64,000 nucleotides of DNA from Minutocellus sp. GHC0000111 (GCA_977018835.1 OZ361256.1:5022001-5086000), one strand, 5' to 3'. Counted from the stretch's first letter, positions 48,112-59,612 are shown. Made by a program: numbers and translations. The notes: generated by a model from the sequence alone, not told the origin.

Positions 48112-49209
48112 CTAGAATCTACCCTCCCCACCACCGGCGGCCCTGGACCGCTTGGTCTGGCGGCGGGCGATGGATCCAGCCGACCGACCTCCACCCTCAA
48201 AGGCCAACAGGTCCATGGCGGCCGGCCCACCGCCACCGCCACCACCGCCGAGACTGGCGTGCGCCGCGGCAATGGCCCAGCCCTGCTCGTCGTCCATGCC
48301 CCCGGGGATCGTGTCCCTCATCTTCCTCTCGGCCTGCTCCCGGGCGGTCATGACCTTCATCTCCTCGTTGAGGACGGCGAGGGCGTCGGCCTCTCGTCCC
48401 TCCCGGGCCTGCTTGGCGGCCCCCTCCAGGGCAGCGAGGACGTTGAGGCTGCGCTTCTGGAAGCGTTCCAGTTCGGCAATGAGGCGGGGGACGTCGGCCT
48501 TGGTGACATCCCGAGCGGCGACGGGGGGCTGACCGGGATGGTCGGGGTTGTGCTCGATCCAGAGGGACATGGAATGCTGATCGAGGCGGCCGGAGATGAG
48601 ACCGGAGTACAGGCACGAGATGAGGATGTCCTCTAGGTCACGCACATTGCCATCGGCGGCACTGCCGGTGGCGGCGGCTTCTGCATCCAAGCCAAGCTCG
48701 GTTCGGAGGAGATCGTAGGGGACGGTCGTGGCGTTGCCCGCGGCGGCACCCTTCTTCTTGCCTTTGCTCGACTTGCTCTTCTTTTTCTTCGTCGTCTTGC
48801 CCCCGGCTGCCGCAGCGTCGGCAGCCTCGGAGGCAATGCTTTGGGCAACGCTCACGACGGTGAGCTGCCTCAGCTTGGCCGGCTGTCCGTCGGTGAGGCT
48901 TAGATACGTGCCGGGTGGCGCGCCCGCGTAGTCCTTGTGCGTTCCCTTGGCAAACAGGTCCAACGTACGGAGGGCGGAATCATCTCCCGCACCGGACTTG
49001 TCGAGGGCGGCCGTAACGGCGGGATGAGTTCGGAGCTCGGAGAAACCGGCCAGGACCTTGGGATTCGTGAGGGCCTGGTGGGTGATGGCCCGGATGGACG
49101 AGGCGGCGGCACCGGCCGAGGAGGGAGACGGCAGGGCCGACAGGTATTGGGACATTGGATCGGCGGTGGTCTGGGCACCACTGCCGCTACTACTCGACGA
49201 CTTGGACAT
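48112..49209 (-). CDS. CSN7: COP9 signalosome subunit 7 (PCI domain)
   Basis: FSEL, LDLFAKGT..DY, KLRQLTVVS, VPYDLL, VRDLEDILI..LYSGLI.GRLDQ, RDV. Confidence 0.8.
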   Translation of the reverse strand: MSKSSSSSGSGAQTTADPMSQYLSALPSPSSAGAAASSIRAITHQALTNPKVLAGFSELRTHPAVTAALDKSGAGDDSALRTLDLFAKGTHKDYAGAPPGTYLSLTDGQPAKLRQLTVVSVAQSIASEAADAAAAGGKTTKKKKSKSSKGKKKGAAAGNATTVPYDLLRTELGLDAEAAATGSAADGNVRDLEDILISCLYSGLISGRLDQHSMSLWIEHNPDHPGQPPVAARDVTKADVPRLIAELERFQKRSLNVLAALEGAAKQAREGREADALAVLNEEMKVMTAREQAERKMRDTIPGGMDDEQGWAIAAAHASLGGGGGGGGPAAMDLLAFEGGGRSAGSIARRQTKRSRAAGGGEGRF

Positions 49210-49311
49210 GATGAAGATACTTGTAGCGATGCGCTCTTATGCAGAGTCAGGAGGCAGTTGCAGAGTCGAATTGGTACTATTTTCAATCTTGGACGAGCGC
49301 CGCGCAAAAAA

Positions 49312-49384
49312 TGGAGAATGTGAGAATCGAACTCACGACCTCGTGCATGCTAAGCACGCGCTCTACCAACTGAGCTAATCCCCC
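49312..49384 (-). tRNA. tRNA-Ala (anticodon AGC)
   Basis: 73-nt cloverleaf, G3:U70 pair, A/B boxes, downstream T-run. Confidence 0.95.
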
Positions 49385-49551
49385 GAGGTTGCGAATCATG
49401 TGGTTATCGAGAAATTTAATCACTGTTTTACGATACGACAACACGTGAGCGTGAGCGTCATTCGTATTCATCCACAACTCAACCATCGATAACTCAACCC
49501 ACCACTCATCTCTCAAACATTCAAAAGGTCTGGAGGGTCTCATTCGTAGAA

Positions 49552-50595
49552 ATGTTCACCGCGAACCAAAACATTGCTCTTCGTGAGCACAAGCGCAGGG
49601 TGGTGGCCTTCGTGGAGTCCACGATACCCGAAGAGGCGCTCGAGATGGGGACCATGGTGATGGTGATGGAGGTCTCGTGCCGAGCGCCGGGGTGCGTCCC
49701 GCTCGAGACGGTCATTACCATTGTTTTCCCCCGAGGACAAAGCAGCGAGCTGATCCCTGGTCTGCCTGAATCTGGAAGCGGTGGCAATTACAAGACCAAA
49801 ATTCTCATGCCGCTGGCGGAGGTTTCCAAGGACGACGTCCTGGATGCTCTCCCGCCTGAATTTGAAGGTGGCGGACGCACGATGGAGAGTCTCTGTCTTC
49901 GGGCTCGGGATGTCATGCTGAGCCAGATAAGTCAGATCATGGGAGACGAGGATGTAGAGGGGAAGCGTCTGATGGCGGAATATCTCGAAACATGTCTGAA
50001 GGACTACAAGGAACGAAACTGCGTGGCACCTGAGATTGGTGAGCCGTTCCCTTCCCTTCCGACTACGTCGGATGATGACGCCAAGAAGGGTGAGTCGCAT
50101 GCGCAACGTGGCGGTGGTATCAGTACAAAGGGCAACTTTGTTATCCACCGTCGTCGAGATGACGATGATTGCGGCAGTCTCGCTTCTAATTCCAAGCCGT
50201 CTGCATTGAAAGACGACCTGTCTTCTGCCTCTACGACGCCAAATGCTTCACGTACTCACAACGTTAACAACAACCAAAATTCTGTCATTCATAGAGTGAA
50301 CGATGATACGAGCAACAATGCGGAAAGATCGGCGGCTGCGTCGGCCGGGAGCACCAATTCGTCCACCGTCAGCATTGTACCAGACCAGAATCGGGGGGAG
50401 AATGCCACGGAATGGAGAAGAAGGAACAAGATGGAGGCGCAGATCAATTCTGACTTTCAGACGTCGACGAGTCAGAGTATCATCCAGCAGCTATCGGAAC
50501 GAGAGCATCACGCCGGGGGGATTCGCCGTCCGGGCTGCCCTTGTTGCGATCCGGATAACCCGTCGAATGTTGTTGATAATATGATGATGCTGTGA
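49552..50595 (+). CDS. hypothetical protein with CxxxxC and CPCC motifs
   Basis: 347-aa ORF; EVSCRAPGCVPLET and RRPGCPCCDPDN. Confidence 0.7.
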   Translation: MFTANQNIALREHKRRVVAFVESTIPEEALEMGTMVMVMEVSCRAPGCVPLETVITIVFPRGQSSELIPGLPESGSGGNYKTKILMPLAEVSKDDVLDALPPEFEGGGRTMESLCLRARDVMLSQISQIMGDEDVEGKRLMAEYLETCLKDYKERNCVAPEIGEPFPSLPTTSDDDAKKGESHAQRGGGISTKGNFVIHRRRDDDDCGSLASNSKPSALKDDLSSASTTPNASRTHNVNNNQNSVIHRVNDDTSNNAERSAAASAGSTNSSTVSIVPDQNRGENATEWRRRNKMEAQINSDFQTSTSQSIIQQLSEREHHAGGIRRPGCPCCDPDNPSNVVDNMMML

Positions 50596-50826
50596 GACCA
50601 TACGTCGTATTACCAGGTCCTACCGCTACGTAGCGAGTAAGCAATGTAAAGCTAAAGGCAAGAAGTTGACCATTCAAGAGTACTACTATCAAGTACGTAG
50701 CTAAACTTCTAGACTAGCTTGAGTAAGTAGTAAACGTTCAAATTTTTAAATAATAAATCATTAACATGGAACAACCCAGAAGAAAACAAACAAAGAACAA
50801 GAAGAGGTAAGGAGGCCATCATTTCA

Positions 50827-53800
50827 TCATCTTGTTTCCATTTCGGCACCTCCTCCGCCATCTTCATCCTGCTCCTGCTGCTGCCCATCCTGCGCCTGGC
50901 TCTGTCCCTGAGTCTGACCCTGAGCGCCATCGGTATCGAGCAAATTCTTGCGCAAGACGAGCATTGCCAATACTTGACTGAGCTTGCTATGGCTAAATTT
51001 CTTGCTGCCATCTGACTTCGACCCACCGCTATCATCCTTGGACTTCTCTATGCTGCCCCCACTGCCAACCGCTGCCGAAAGAGCTCGTCGCTTGGCTTGC
51101 TTCTCGAGTTGGACCGATGCTAAGCGCAGGGACTCGTAGTTACTCTTGATCATCCAATCTCGCACGTCGGAGTAAGGGGCATTCTTCTCCAACTCATCGA
51201 GCTCGTCCTTGCTCATCATGGACATGGCGGTCTTGAGACTTTCTCTGTCCTTTTCGCTGATAAAGTTGAAGTTCAAGTCATTGGTGCTTGCATCATCTTG
51301 ATCCATGTCCTGCATTGCACCATCTGACCCTCCGTCGCCATTCATACCAGAGTCACCTCGCTTGTATCGCTGGACGAACAGATTCAAGCCGAGCTTGTCC
51401 TTTAGGCTCAGTTCCTTGAAGGCCGACTGCATATTCTCTCTCTTCTCGGCAGCCTGTCCCTCAAGCGTCCACGTGGCCGCCGAACTCTCATCAGGGACCT
51501 TCTGCGGTGAAGCATTGGTGACCTGCCCTTTGGCCTTGTCGACGAGATATTCCGAGATCTCATTGAAACCGCATCGAAGAGCGTGGTCCGATGGGGTGAG
51601 ACCATAGCTGTCTTGGGGAGCAACTCTGCACCCTGCACGCACCAATGCATCGACGATTTGGTCGTGGCCAGCACCTGCCGCCAAATGAAGAGCAGTCAGA
51701 TTACCCTTCTCCGTGAGGGCGTCGGGATCGGCACCACGCGACAACAAGAGCGGGATCAGAGACAAAATGTTGTACAAGGCGGCGTAGTGTAGCAACGTGA
51801 AGCCGGAAACACCGGGCTTATTGAGAGCCTCCTTCAACTCTTCCTCGCTGGTGCTGGTGTCCACCATAGCCTCGACGAAGCGGATAAGCACGCTATGCAA
51901 AAGAGAGTCCAGCTCTTCGTCTCCAATATCTTTGAAATTGGTGTCCCCGTCAACATTTAATACCAGACCAGGATCGGAATAACCCGCATCCGTTGAAGCG
52001 GCAGCTGCCGACGTATCCGCGCCTGCGTCGGCATCCTCCGTCCCGACAATGACGTTGGCGAGGCGCTCTACAAAACGGATCTTGCAGTGACGATTGACAT
52101 CCTCTCCCTGCGTCATACCGTCCGAGTTGGGGACCACGGACTCCGCCCAGTTCGCAGCACTGACGTTGGCATCCTGGACAAGACTTTCGGTATGACCGTC
52201 GTCGAGCGTCAAGGCCCGCTTCCTGCTGTTCGCGCCAGGGATGCTCTCTCCGACGGCCTTGGCGGGAGGATTGTTCTCGAATTGAGTCAATGCTGCCGCG
52301 ACGACTGCAAGGGCAGGCGCAGGAGCTGGGAGCTCTCCTGACTTGATCGACATGGCCTGTGACCCTCGCTCGGCCGTTCCCTCTTCTCCCGCCGCCGCCT
52401 TCAGCTCGTTCGGGAGGGCACTGACAGTGGGGACCTCCGTGAACTCAAACGGGTCCTGGCTAAGCTGTGAGAGGAGCTGCACGTTGCCCGATCCAGCGGG
52501 GGCGAAGAATTTGGGCCGGATGAGGTCCTGCTCGCCGGCGTCGAGCCGGGCCTTCCGCATGGGGTCGGTCAGGTCGGACGCCACGTTCCACTCGGCCTGG
52601 ATGCAAACCTTGATGGCCACCCGGACGGCATCCCAAATCGGCCCAGCCTCGTCATCGACGTATCGGACGCCTGTGAGAATAATAGACCGAGGACCGGGCT
52701 TGGAAATGTCGTGCGGAGCGTAGCACTTGTACGAGTACGGAGTGATCTTGGTAACCTCCGTGAGGGCGACCTTGATGATGAGCGGATCGGGGGAGAAGGG
52801 CAGAGACTGTGGCGCAGGAGTGCCGTCCAGGGCAGGGGGTACCGCCATCGCGTAGTTATTGTTGGCGAAGGTGGCCTGGCCGCCAATGTCGATGAAGCAC
52901 GCGATGAGATGCCAACGGTAGGGAGGGTCGTCGGGGGGCAAGATGGGGAGGGGAGACGACGTGGAGATGACCATTTTGAGGGGCTTGCCGGTGCGGAATG
53001 GTCCGTCCTCGGGGGTGAAGTCGATGATCTCCGGGAGGGGGGTTTGCGGAATCGGCTGGTTCTCTGCCACGAGCTTGGCGACCGGCTTGGACGAGTCGAT
53101 GGCGACGGGTGCAACGTGGGCGGCAAAGGCTGGGAGCGGAGGCATCTCGGGGGTACCGTCCTCCTCCATGTCCTCATCGTCGCCGCCGTCGTCACCTCGG
53201 CGGCTGCTGCTGGCCCTCGAGCCCTCGAGTTTCTCCTTCATCGTTTCGACGAGCTCGTCCTGCAGCGAGTCGGGCAGAACATCCTCGACGGTGTCCACGA
53301 CCTTGCTCTCGATGTCGGCGAACGGATTCTCACCGTCCCCGCCGGACTTTTCGTTGAGGACCTGATCGACAACGTCGCGGATGTCGTCGTCGGACACGGC
53401 CGCCAGATGCTCCGACAGGGTCGAGCCGGCCACGTCCTGGATGGCATCCTCGACGGTGTTGACGAGCTGCGCCTCGAGGCCTGGGGAGAGATGCTCCTCG
53501 ATGGCCGAGGCGGCCGCGTCCTGGAGGTCCTGGTCGATGTCGTCGCCGCCCTCCTCGAGGACCATGTCCCAAAGGATGTCGAGCGCTCCCTCGTCGAGGG
53601 ACTCGCCCCGGCGGTGGTCGCTGTCGTCGCTCTTGGCCATGGCCAGCTTGGCCATGAGGCGGTCGGCCTCGGGGTCCTGCCCCGGCCGGTACGACCCGCC
53701 GGACCCGCCGGAGGATGAATCCGCCTGGGCCGACGAATACGACTCGTACGTGTGCTGCTGGTACTGCTGGGCCTGGTACTGCGCCTGCTGCTGTTGCTGC

Positions 53801-54438
53801 TGGTACAGCTGCTGCTGCTGCAGCTCGATCTGCTGCGGAAATGCCATCCCGCCGCCGCCACCACCGCCTGCGGTCTTCTTCCGTCTGCCTCCACCTCCGC
53901 CGCTGCTGCGGCTGGTAGTCGCCGCCGCGGCAAGGTGGTCGGCGAACAGGGCCGAAACCCGCACGGCCTCGAGGGTGTCCAGGTAGTGGACCAGAACCAG
54001 CTCGGTGTTCTCGGCGGGGTCCATGTCCTCCCCGAGGAAGGACACGGGAGCCGCGCTGTTGGGGTCCGATATGAGCCGGTACGCCCTCCGATGGAAGGTC
54101 GAAACGTCGACACTGTGCACGTACGTTCCGGCGACGCGGTACTGCCCCTTGTAGCGGAGCTTGACGTGGTCCTCCCGGACCTTGTTGGGGTTGTTTCGCT
54201 TCTTGATCCAGACGTGGCCGTCGAGCTTGTAGTTCCGAACGACGGAGCGGTCGAAGAGGAGGAGGGTGCCGGACACCGGCGGGGACGACGGGGCGGCCGT
54301 GCCCTGCTGGATGAGGCCGGGGGTGGAGAGGAGGGTGATGATCTCCTCAACGTTGAGCCACCGGACCGTGGCGGTCTCGAAGATGGACAGGCCGCCCGCC
54401 TGGGTGTCGCTGATTACCCCCGCCCCGGAGAATGCCAT
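50827..54438 (-). CDS. CAMTA: CAMTA-like transcription activator (CG-1 domain + ankyrin repeats)
   Basis: RWL..EEI, SGTLLLFDR, YKLDGH.W.K, VREDHVKL, FHRRAY, LVLVHYL; ankyrins TLLHYAA / TALHLAA. Confidence 0.88.
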   Translation of the reverse strand: MAFSGAGVISDTQAGGLSIFETATVRWLNVEEIITLLSTPGLIQQGTAAPSSPPVSGTLLLFDRSVVRNYKLDGHVWIKKRNNPNKVREDHVKLRYKGQYRVAGTYVHSVDVSTFHRRAYRLISDPNSAAPVSFLGEDMDPAENTELVLVHYLDTLEAVRVSALFADHLAAAATTSRSSGGGGGRRKKTAGGGGGGGMAFPQQIELQQQQLYQQQQQQAQYQAQQYQQHTYESYSSAQADSSSGGSGGSYRPGQDPEADRLMAKLAMAKSDDSDHRRGESLDEGALDILWDMVLEEGGDDIDQDLQDAAASAIEEHLSPGLEAQLVNTVEDAIQDVAGSTLSEHLAAVSDDDIRDVVDQVLNEKSGGDGENPFADIESKVVDTVEDVLPDSLQDELVETMKEKLEGSRASSSRRGDDGGDDEDMEEDGTPEMPPLPAFAAHVAPVAIDSSKPVAKLVAENQPIPQTPLPEIIDFTPEDGPFRTGKPLKMVISTSSPLPILPPDDPPYRWHLIACFIDIGGQATFANNNYAMAVPPALDGTPAPQSLPFSPDPLIIKVALTEVTKITPYSYKCYAPHDISKPGPRSIILTGVRYVDDEAGPIWDAVRVAIKVCIQAEWNVASDLTDPMRKARLDAGEQDLIRPKFFAPAGSGNVQLLSQLSQDPFEFTEVPTVSALPNELKAAAGEEGTAERGSQAMSIKSGELPAPAPALAVVAAALTQFENNPPAKAVGESIPGANSRKRALTLDDGHTESLVQDANVSAANWAESVVPNSDGMTQGEDVNRHCKIRFVERLANVIVGTEDADAGADTSAAAASTDAGYSDPGLVLNVDGDTNFKDIGDEELDSLLHSVLIRFVEAMVDTSTSEEELKEALNKPGVSGFTLLHYAALYNILSLIPLLLSRGADPDALTEKGNLTALHLAAGAGHDQIVDALVRAGCRVAPQDSYGLTPSDHALRCGFNEISEYLVDKAKGQVTNASPQKVPDESSAATWTLEGQAAEKRENMQSAFKELSLKDKLGLNLFVQRYKRGDSGMNGDGGSDGAMQDMDQDDASTNDLNFNFISEKDRESLKTAMSMMSKDELDELEKNAPYSDVRDWMIKSNYESLRLASVQLEKQAKRRALSAAVGSGGSIEKSKDDSGGSKSDGSKKFSHSKLSQVLAMLVLRKNLLDTDGAQGQTQGQSQAQDGQQQEQDEDGGGGAEMETR

Positions 54439-54933
54439 GGTTTAATGGCTGGGACCGAGCTACGAGATACGTAGCTGCGAGAGAGAGAGAGAGAGAGTAT
54501 CGACGACGATACGATACGATTCGCGGCACCAACCAACTGCCAGCAAATAATGCGGTTCAGTCGAAAACTGACACGTCAAGATACGTCTGAACTACCGACG
54601 ACCCAGCCGCAGCCTGCGTGACTTTGAGGATAGCAAGCAAGTAATGCCGTGCACCAAGAGCAAGAGCAAGCAAAGTACCGACGCGCAGGAGGCAAAAGAG
54701 ACGTTGCCAGGTGCGAGGTCGAGCTGGCTGTGTGGCGCGAGTGGCTATCCTTGCCTTGCTTATGCGGGTGGTTGCGCGACGGCTTTCCGGAGAAATGCCG
54801 TCGATCCTCAAGTCCGATCTTTCGTTTCGCTGTCGATCGAGTTGTCGTTGTTCGATGTCAGCACAACAGGGTTTCTTTAGATCTGACACGTGTATTTGAA
54901 AGTCAGAAATCATTGGTCCGCGCCATACATGTA

Positions 54934-55497
54934 TATAACAATTTTCTACATAGTCGTTGTATCATGTTGACATACTCAGGCGTTGGAAAGTGGAGAAAGT
55001 AGGTTAAAACAAGCAAAACCAGCCACAAATAATTACTCATAGCGCCATTCAGGTCCACTTCTAAATCCTCTAAACTGCTCGTAGTAACCATATTCTCGAC
55101 TCGAATGACGAGCCGAGAATCCGTCACTACCAGAGCACCTACCAGTCTCAAAATGATTCTTTGCTTCCTCAGCGACCCTAGCTGCCTCTACCCTCGAGCC
55201 TCGAACAAAATGCAATCGTGACCTCTTGTGCAGGGAGAGACCTCGGGCAATGGCACCGGCAAGCGCTCGACGATACAGGTGTAGGGTGACAGAATAAGCT
55301 CCACCCTTGACCTCAGTCTCGAAAATGGGCGAATTGTATACCGCATCACCCCGAGCTACCGCCATGCGAGCACAGACTTTCAGCACCTCTTGAAAGTCTT
55401 CGTTGGTCTCACCGTACGCTCCGATGACGAATGGAATGACGCCTCCCCTGCAGAAGGTATTGTAGGCGTTCTGGAATGGACCAGAAATGCCATCATT
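54934..55497 (-). mobile_element. 5'-truncated non-LTR retrotransposon (probably CRE-like/REL clade): ORF C-terminus + ~100-nt 3' UTR
   Basis: 12-bp direct repeat GCCATACATGTA at 54922-54933 and 55498-55509; peptide GPF..VIPFVIGAYGE...RRALAGAIARG resembles C-termini of REL-type retroelements (recognition from memory). Confidence 0.65.
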
Positions 55498-55646
55498 GCC
55501 ATACATGTACTGCAAAGCCAGCCACTGAGTTGCTGCTGCTGTGCTGTCGGTGCATGTAGAGCCGTCTACATCTAGATCTACCAGTGTTGTATGGTACATG
55601 TGCTGTGGTAGCAGGTAGATATTCGTTCTAGTGCATGAATAAACTT

Positions 55647-57036
55647 TTAAAGATCAAACTTGACGCCTCCCAGCTCCTCGGAGATCTTCCACAGGGCCTT
55701 GGCCTTATCCATGTCAATGGCCGAGCTCTTGAGGTCCTTGGCCTTGCAATCGATGAAGTATTTGCCACCGGCACTGGCGCTGGTACCCACCGAGTCATCG
55801 GCGGCCAGATAAATTTGGGTTGAGGCTCCATCTTCCACCGTCTTGGTAAGTTTGGACAGAGGAACGAAGAGCAGCTTGTCCTGCAGGCTCATGCCGTTCT
55901 CCTTCATGTCGTTCCACTTGGCCTCCCCAACTAAATATCGGCCCAGATCGGTAGCCACAGCTCCAGGATGCAGCGCAGTTACCGTCCACGATTTCCCTGC
56001 CGCGATTGCCCGTTCCTGAAGCTCCTTCGTAAAGAGAATATTGGCCAATTTCGAGATGCCGTAGCTACTCCAGGGACCAAACTCACGCTCGGCATTGAGA
56101 TTGTCGAGTTCCAATCCCTTGGACGCGAATTGCCATGCCTCGGATGAAACGTTAATGATGCGAGCATCCTTGGCAAGCTGAGGAACCAACTTGGACGTCA
56201 AAACAAAATGTCCAAGATGGTTCGTCTGGAACGTCCGCTCATACCCATCCTTGGTCAGCTCCCGAGATTGCAGGACCATCACGCCGGCATTGTTCATCAG
56301 TACATCGACGGGTTTCTTATCGAGAGCCTTTTCCAAAGCGGCAGGAAATCCCTTGATGCTGTCAAAGTCGCACAGATCCAACGTCAGAGCCGAAACCTTG
56401 TTGTTAATAACCCCCCGCTCCGATAGGTATTGCTGAACATCCTGAATGGCTTTCTCACCCTTCGAGGCCGTGCGGGTCGTCAAGACTACCTCTGCTCCTG
56501 CCGCCGCCAAACGTTTGCCACTTTCAAGTCCAAGGCCTTGTCGCGAATCGATTTATGTGAGATAGTTTGATTGTTTGGTGAGAAGGTGGAGTACTGTATT
56601 GCCGAGTATTGTGCATATATTAGCACAAACGGGCAATGCGATACAAACACAAAGTCCAAGTGCTACGAGTACATTTCGCATTTACACGTAGGGAGCGATA
56701 AAGCCAGACATGCTTACCAGTATTTCCACCAAATATGACGACAACCTTGCCCTCCATGGAACTAGGTCCCGGACTGTAGGGACCCGACGCAGCGTTGGAG
56801 TTGGTCGGTGCCAAGGTCGCAGCTGCGGCAAATCCTCCAGCAGCAAAGAGAAGACGCCGGGTGCCGTCGGGTGCAACTTCGTCGCCATCGTCACTCACTT
56901 TTGCAGCTGCAAGTGAAAGCGATTCACCCTGCCGACTCCTCACCGCGTTGGCTCTGATACCTGCAGAGAAGGCTGATGCATAATTTATGCGGCAAAGGGC
57001 GGCCGCCGCGGAAAGAAGAGCAGCAAATCTCACCAT
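55647..57036 (-). CDS. short-chain dehydrogenase/reductase (RDH-like), plastid-targeted; intron 56537-56717
   Basis: ASAF presequence; GGNTG|LGLE, NNAGVM, TNHLGHF, NVSS, YGISK, HPGAVAT. Confidence 0.9.
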
Positions 57037-57183
57037 GGTCCACTGAGTCAGTAATAAAAAAAATGAAAGGCGACGCGACGAGCATGAGATACTAGGCCTA
57101 GCTAGAGTAGGCCTACGTAGCGAGGCGAGTACAGCTACTATTGTTAAAATAACAAACAAAAAAGTCACCTCTCTGAAAGTGTC

Positions 57184-57256
57184 GGGGGATTAGCTCAGTT
57201 GGTAGAGCGCGTGCTTAGCATGCACGAGGTCGTGAGTTCGATTCTCACATTCTCCA
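57184..57256 (+). tRNA. tRNA-Ala (anticodon AGC)
   Basis: identical to the 49312 copy; T6 terminator. Confidence 0.95.
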
Positions 57257-57473
57257 TTTTTTGGCTCAGTGTCCAAGGGACCAGTGTCGGTCCTGCTGAT
57301 GATGGCCGTTCCATGCTTGATTTGGTTTGTCTTGATTGTTGCTGCTGGTCCGGTTCCACTTCGATCTGATTACCGGTACCGGTGCTTGTAAAGCTATGCC
57401 GAAAGGAGGAGAGAGGAGGGCGGCGGAACCATCTGCACATCATTGCCGATGCATGCATTAGATTCTACATGTA

Positions 57474-57523
57474 TGAAACAAATTTCTACATAGTCGTTTT
57501 ATCATATTGACATATTCATGCAT
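57474..57523 (-). mobile_element. 50-bp 3'-terminal remnant of the element at 54934-55497
   Basis: 42/50 ungapped identity to 54934-54983; TACATGTA on both sides (57466-73, 57524-31). Confidence 0.7.
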
Positions 57524-57677
57524 TACATGTACATTGTACCGGTAGTAGAGATCTAGATCTGCCGACCGGTGCATGCATTCGTGGTTGAGCTTCTCCTCCC
57601 AGCACACATGTAGATCTAGCTAGAGTCTACTACGCAGTATCGGTAGACTGCTGCTGTGGTCAAGGGTAAAAATACAT

Positions 57678-57699
57678 GGTGGTGGTGGTGGTGGTGGTG
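57678..57699 (+). repeat. (TGG)7 microsatellite
   Basis: read directly. Confidence 0.85.
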
Positions 57700-57734
57700 T
57701 CGTCCCACTAAGTATAGCTTAGATCTATCTAATA

Positions 57735-59560
57735 GAACCCTATTCGAAAATAGGTAGCCGCACTTGCATTAGCAAGAGCACACATCACAGTTTCACATAA
57801 ACATAAAAAGGTTGTAAATCACATGGTGTCAATAGGATCAACTCACAAGTCTCGATCTCGCCAAGCATCAGGGTTGTTGGCTGGAACAAATCCTTCGAAA
57901 GTAGCTGCCAGATTAAGTCTGGCTGACCTGCTCCTTGTAGTTCTTCTCGGTACGGGTGCTTCTGTGTCTTCGTCGACGGATGCTATTACTGCAGCTACTG
58001 TAGCATTAGTAAGAGTATTTATCATCGGAGACATGGTAGCACGCTCGACACTCTGAGTCGAACGGGGAGACAGTTCATTGACGGCTACTTCAACATCTTC
58101 AGCAGTGAACGGCTCTGTGATGATGTTACCGTTGTCGGTGAGGAGGGAGCATTGGACATAGGTAGGTCCATGGCGAAAATTGCAGCTATCGCAAAAGGGC
58201 GGTCGGCTCAACGGTGATAAGCACGGTGGGCCAATGCAGTCTGCACATTGACAGTTACTGCAAATTGTAGGGCCAGAATCATTGCTTGGTGTTGATGGCA
58301 GTTGGATCGTCGTGCGGGATCTCCGAGGAGGGACTCGGCCTAATTCGGAAGGCTTAAAGGCCGAATATGCGCCTGGTTCTAGTCCGAGATATCGTTCCAT
58401 CATCGCTGGCCACTGGTTGGACTGCACTAATTCGAAGAGAGGTTTGACTCGAGTGCTGGCTTCGATCGATCGGCCGCTGTCAGCGATTGCAAATGGCGCC
58501 ATTATCTGAACGTCATCTTCAAGGAGTGAAGCTTCTGCGATTCGCCTGAGACTATCGGCATGAGAATGTGCGACCGTCTTGAATGGTTTGCCGTCACGAT
58601 GGTATACCAACNNNNNNNNNNNNNNNNNNNNNNNNNNNNNNNNNNNNNNNNNNNNNNNNNNNNNNNNNNNNNNNNNNNNNNNNNNNNNNNNNNNNNNNNN
58701 NNNNNNNNNNNNNNNNNNNNNNNNNNNNNNNNNNNNNNNNNNNNNNNNNNNNNNNNNNNNNNNNNNNNNNNNNNNNNNNNNNNNNNNNNNNNNNNNNNNN
58801 NNNNNNNNNNNGATGGTATACCAACCCATACATCCAGCACCCAAATAGTAGCCGAGGTACTCTCGTCCGGGGGCACATGTAGGAGAGCTTCTCGATCCAC
58901 CGTGCTCGTCGTAGGTCCATAGTCTTGATGATGTCTGGGATTTTGCAGAGCTCGAGGATGGTGTTGTTCCGGACCTTGTGCATGACATTGATCTTCAACA
59001 TCGTTCGAAGACAACGAAATTGGAATACTCTAAGAGCTCGGACCTCTTTCGCTTTGATTGCCCAACTTTCGCAACCCCAAATCAGAACATTGACGATGAT
59101 TGCCTTATAGTATCGAATCCTGAGCTCGAATGGGACGCTGGCATTACCCCAGAAGGTGCTTTTAGCTGAGCCAAAGAGTTTGTTGGCGGAATCAATACGG
59201 GCCTGAACATCGATGGACTCTCGAAGGTCCCAACTAATGATGGTTCCAAGGTACTTGAATGTAGGGGTGAAGGAAATGTAGGTGCCGCGCTCAAAATCTC
59301 TGCCAACCAGGTCGATGTCAGCAATCTCCTCTGCTGGGATGTCCTCGTACTTCTTAAAGTGTCGCCACATTGATGGTACATAGAGGGCCTCGGTCTTGGA
59401 TTTTGTATTGTTCTGACGGTTGCCTACGTGGATGGTCAGACCAAACTTACGAAAGTGTCGAACGACAAGGGCAGCTGCTACTTCTGCATCTCTCCTGTTC
59501 ATCAAGACAAAGGCGGAGTCGTCGACGTAGTACGACAAGAAGAACGAGATATATATTAGG
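57735..59560 (-). mobile_element. 5'-truncated RTE-like LINE (RT C-half through 3' UTR), spanning the N gap
   Basis: YVDD, KFGLTIH, KSKTEA, FKYLGT, LIWGCESW, RRARW; ORF stops at 57843; candidate TSD TCTAATA at 57728-34 and 59561-67. Confidence 0.85.
58612..58811. other. assembly gap (200 N); flanks overlap by 14 bp
   Basis: GATGGTATACCAAC present immediately on both sides. Confidence 0.9.
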
Positions 59561-59612
59561 TCTAATACATTGAGATCTATGTACATGTACAAATTGTTTC
59601 GGGGCAGAAGGA

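Noticed and set aside
57843..59014. ORFs containing X runs as separate genes
   Set aside because: Artefacts of the N gap; they are parts of the single LINE ORF
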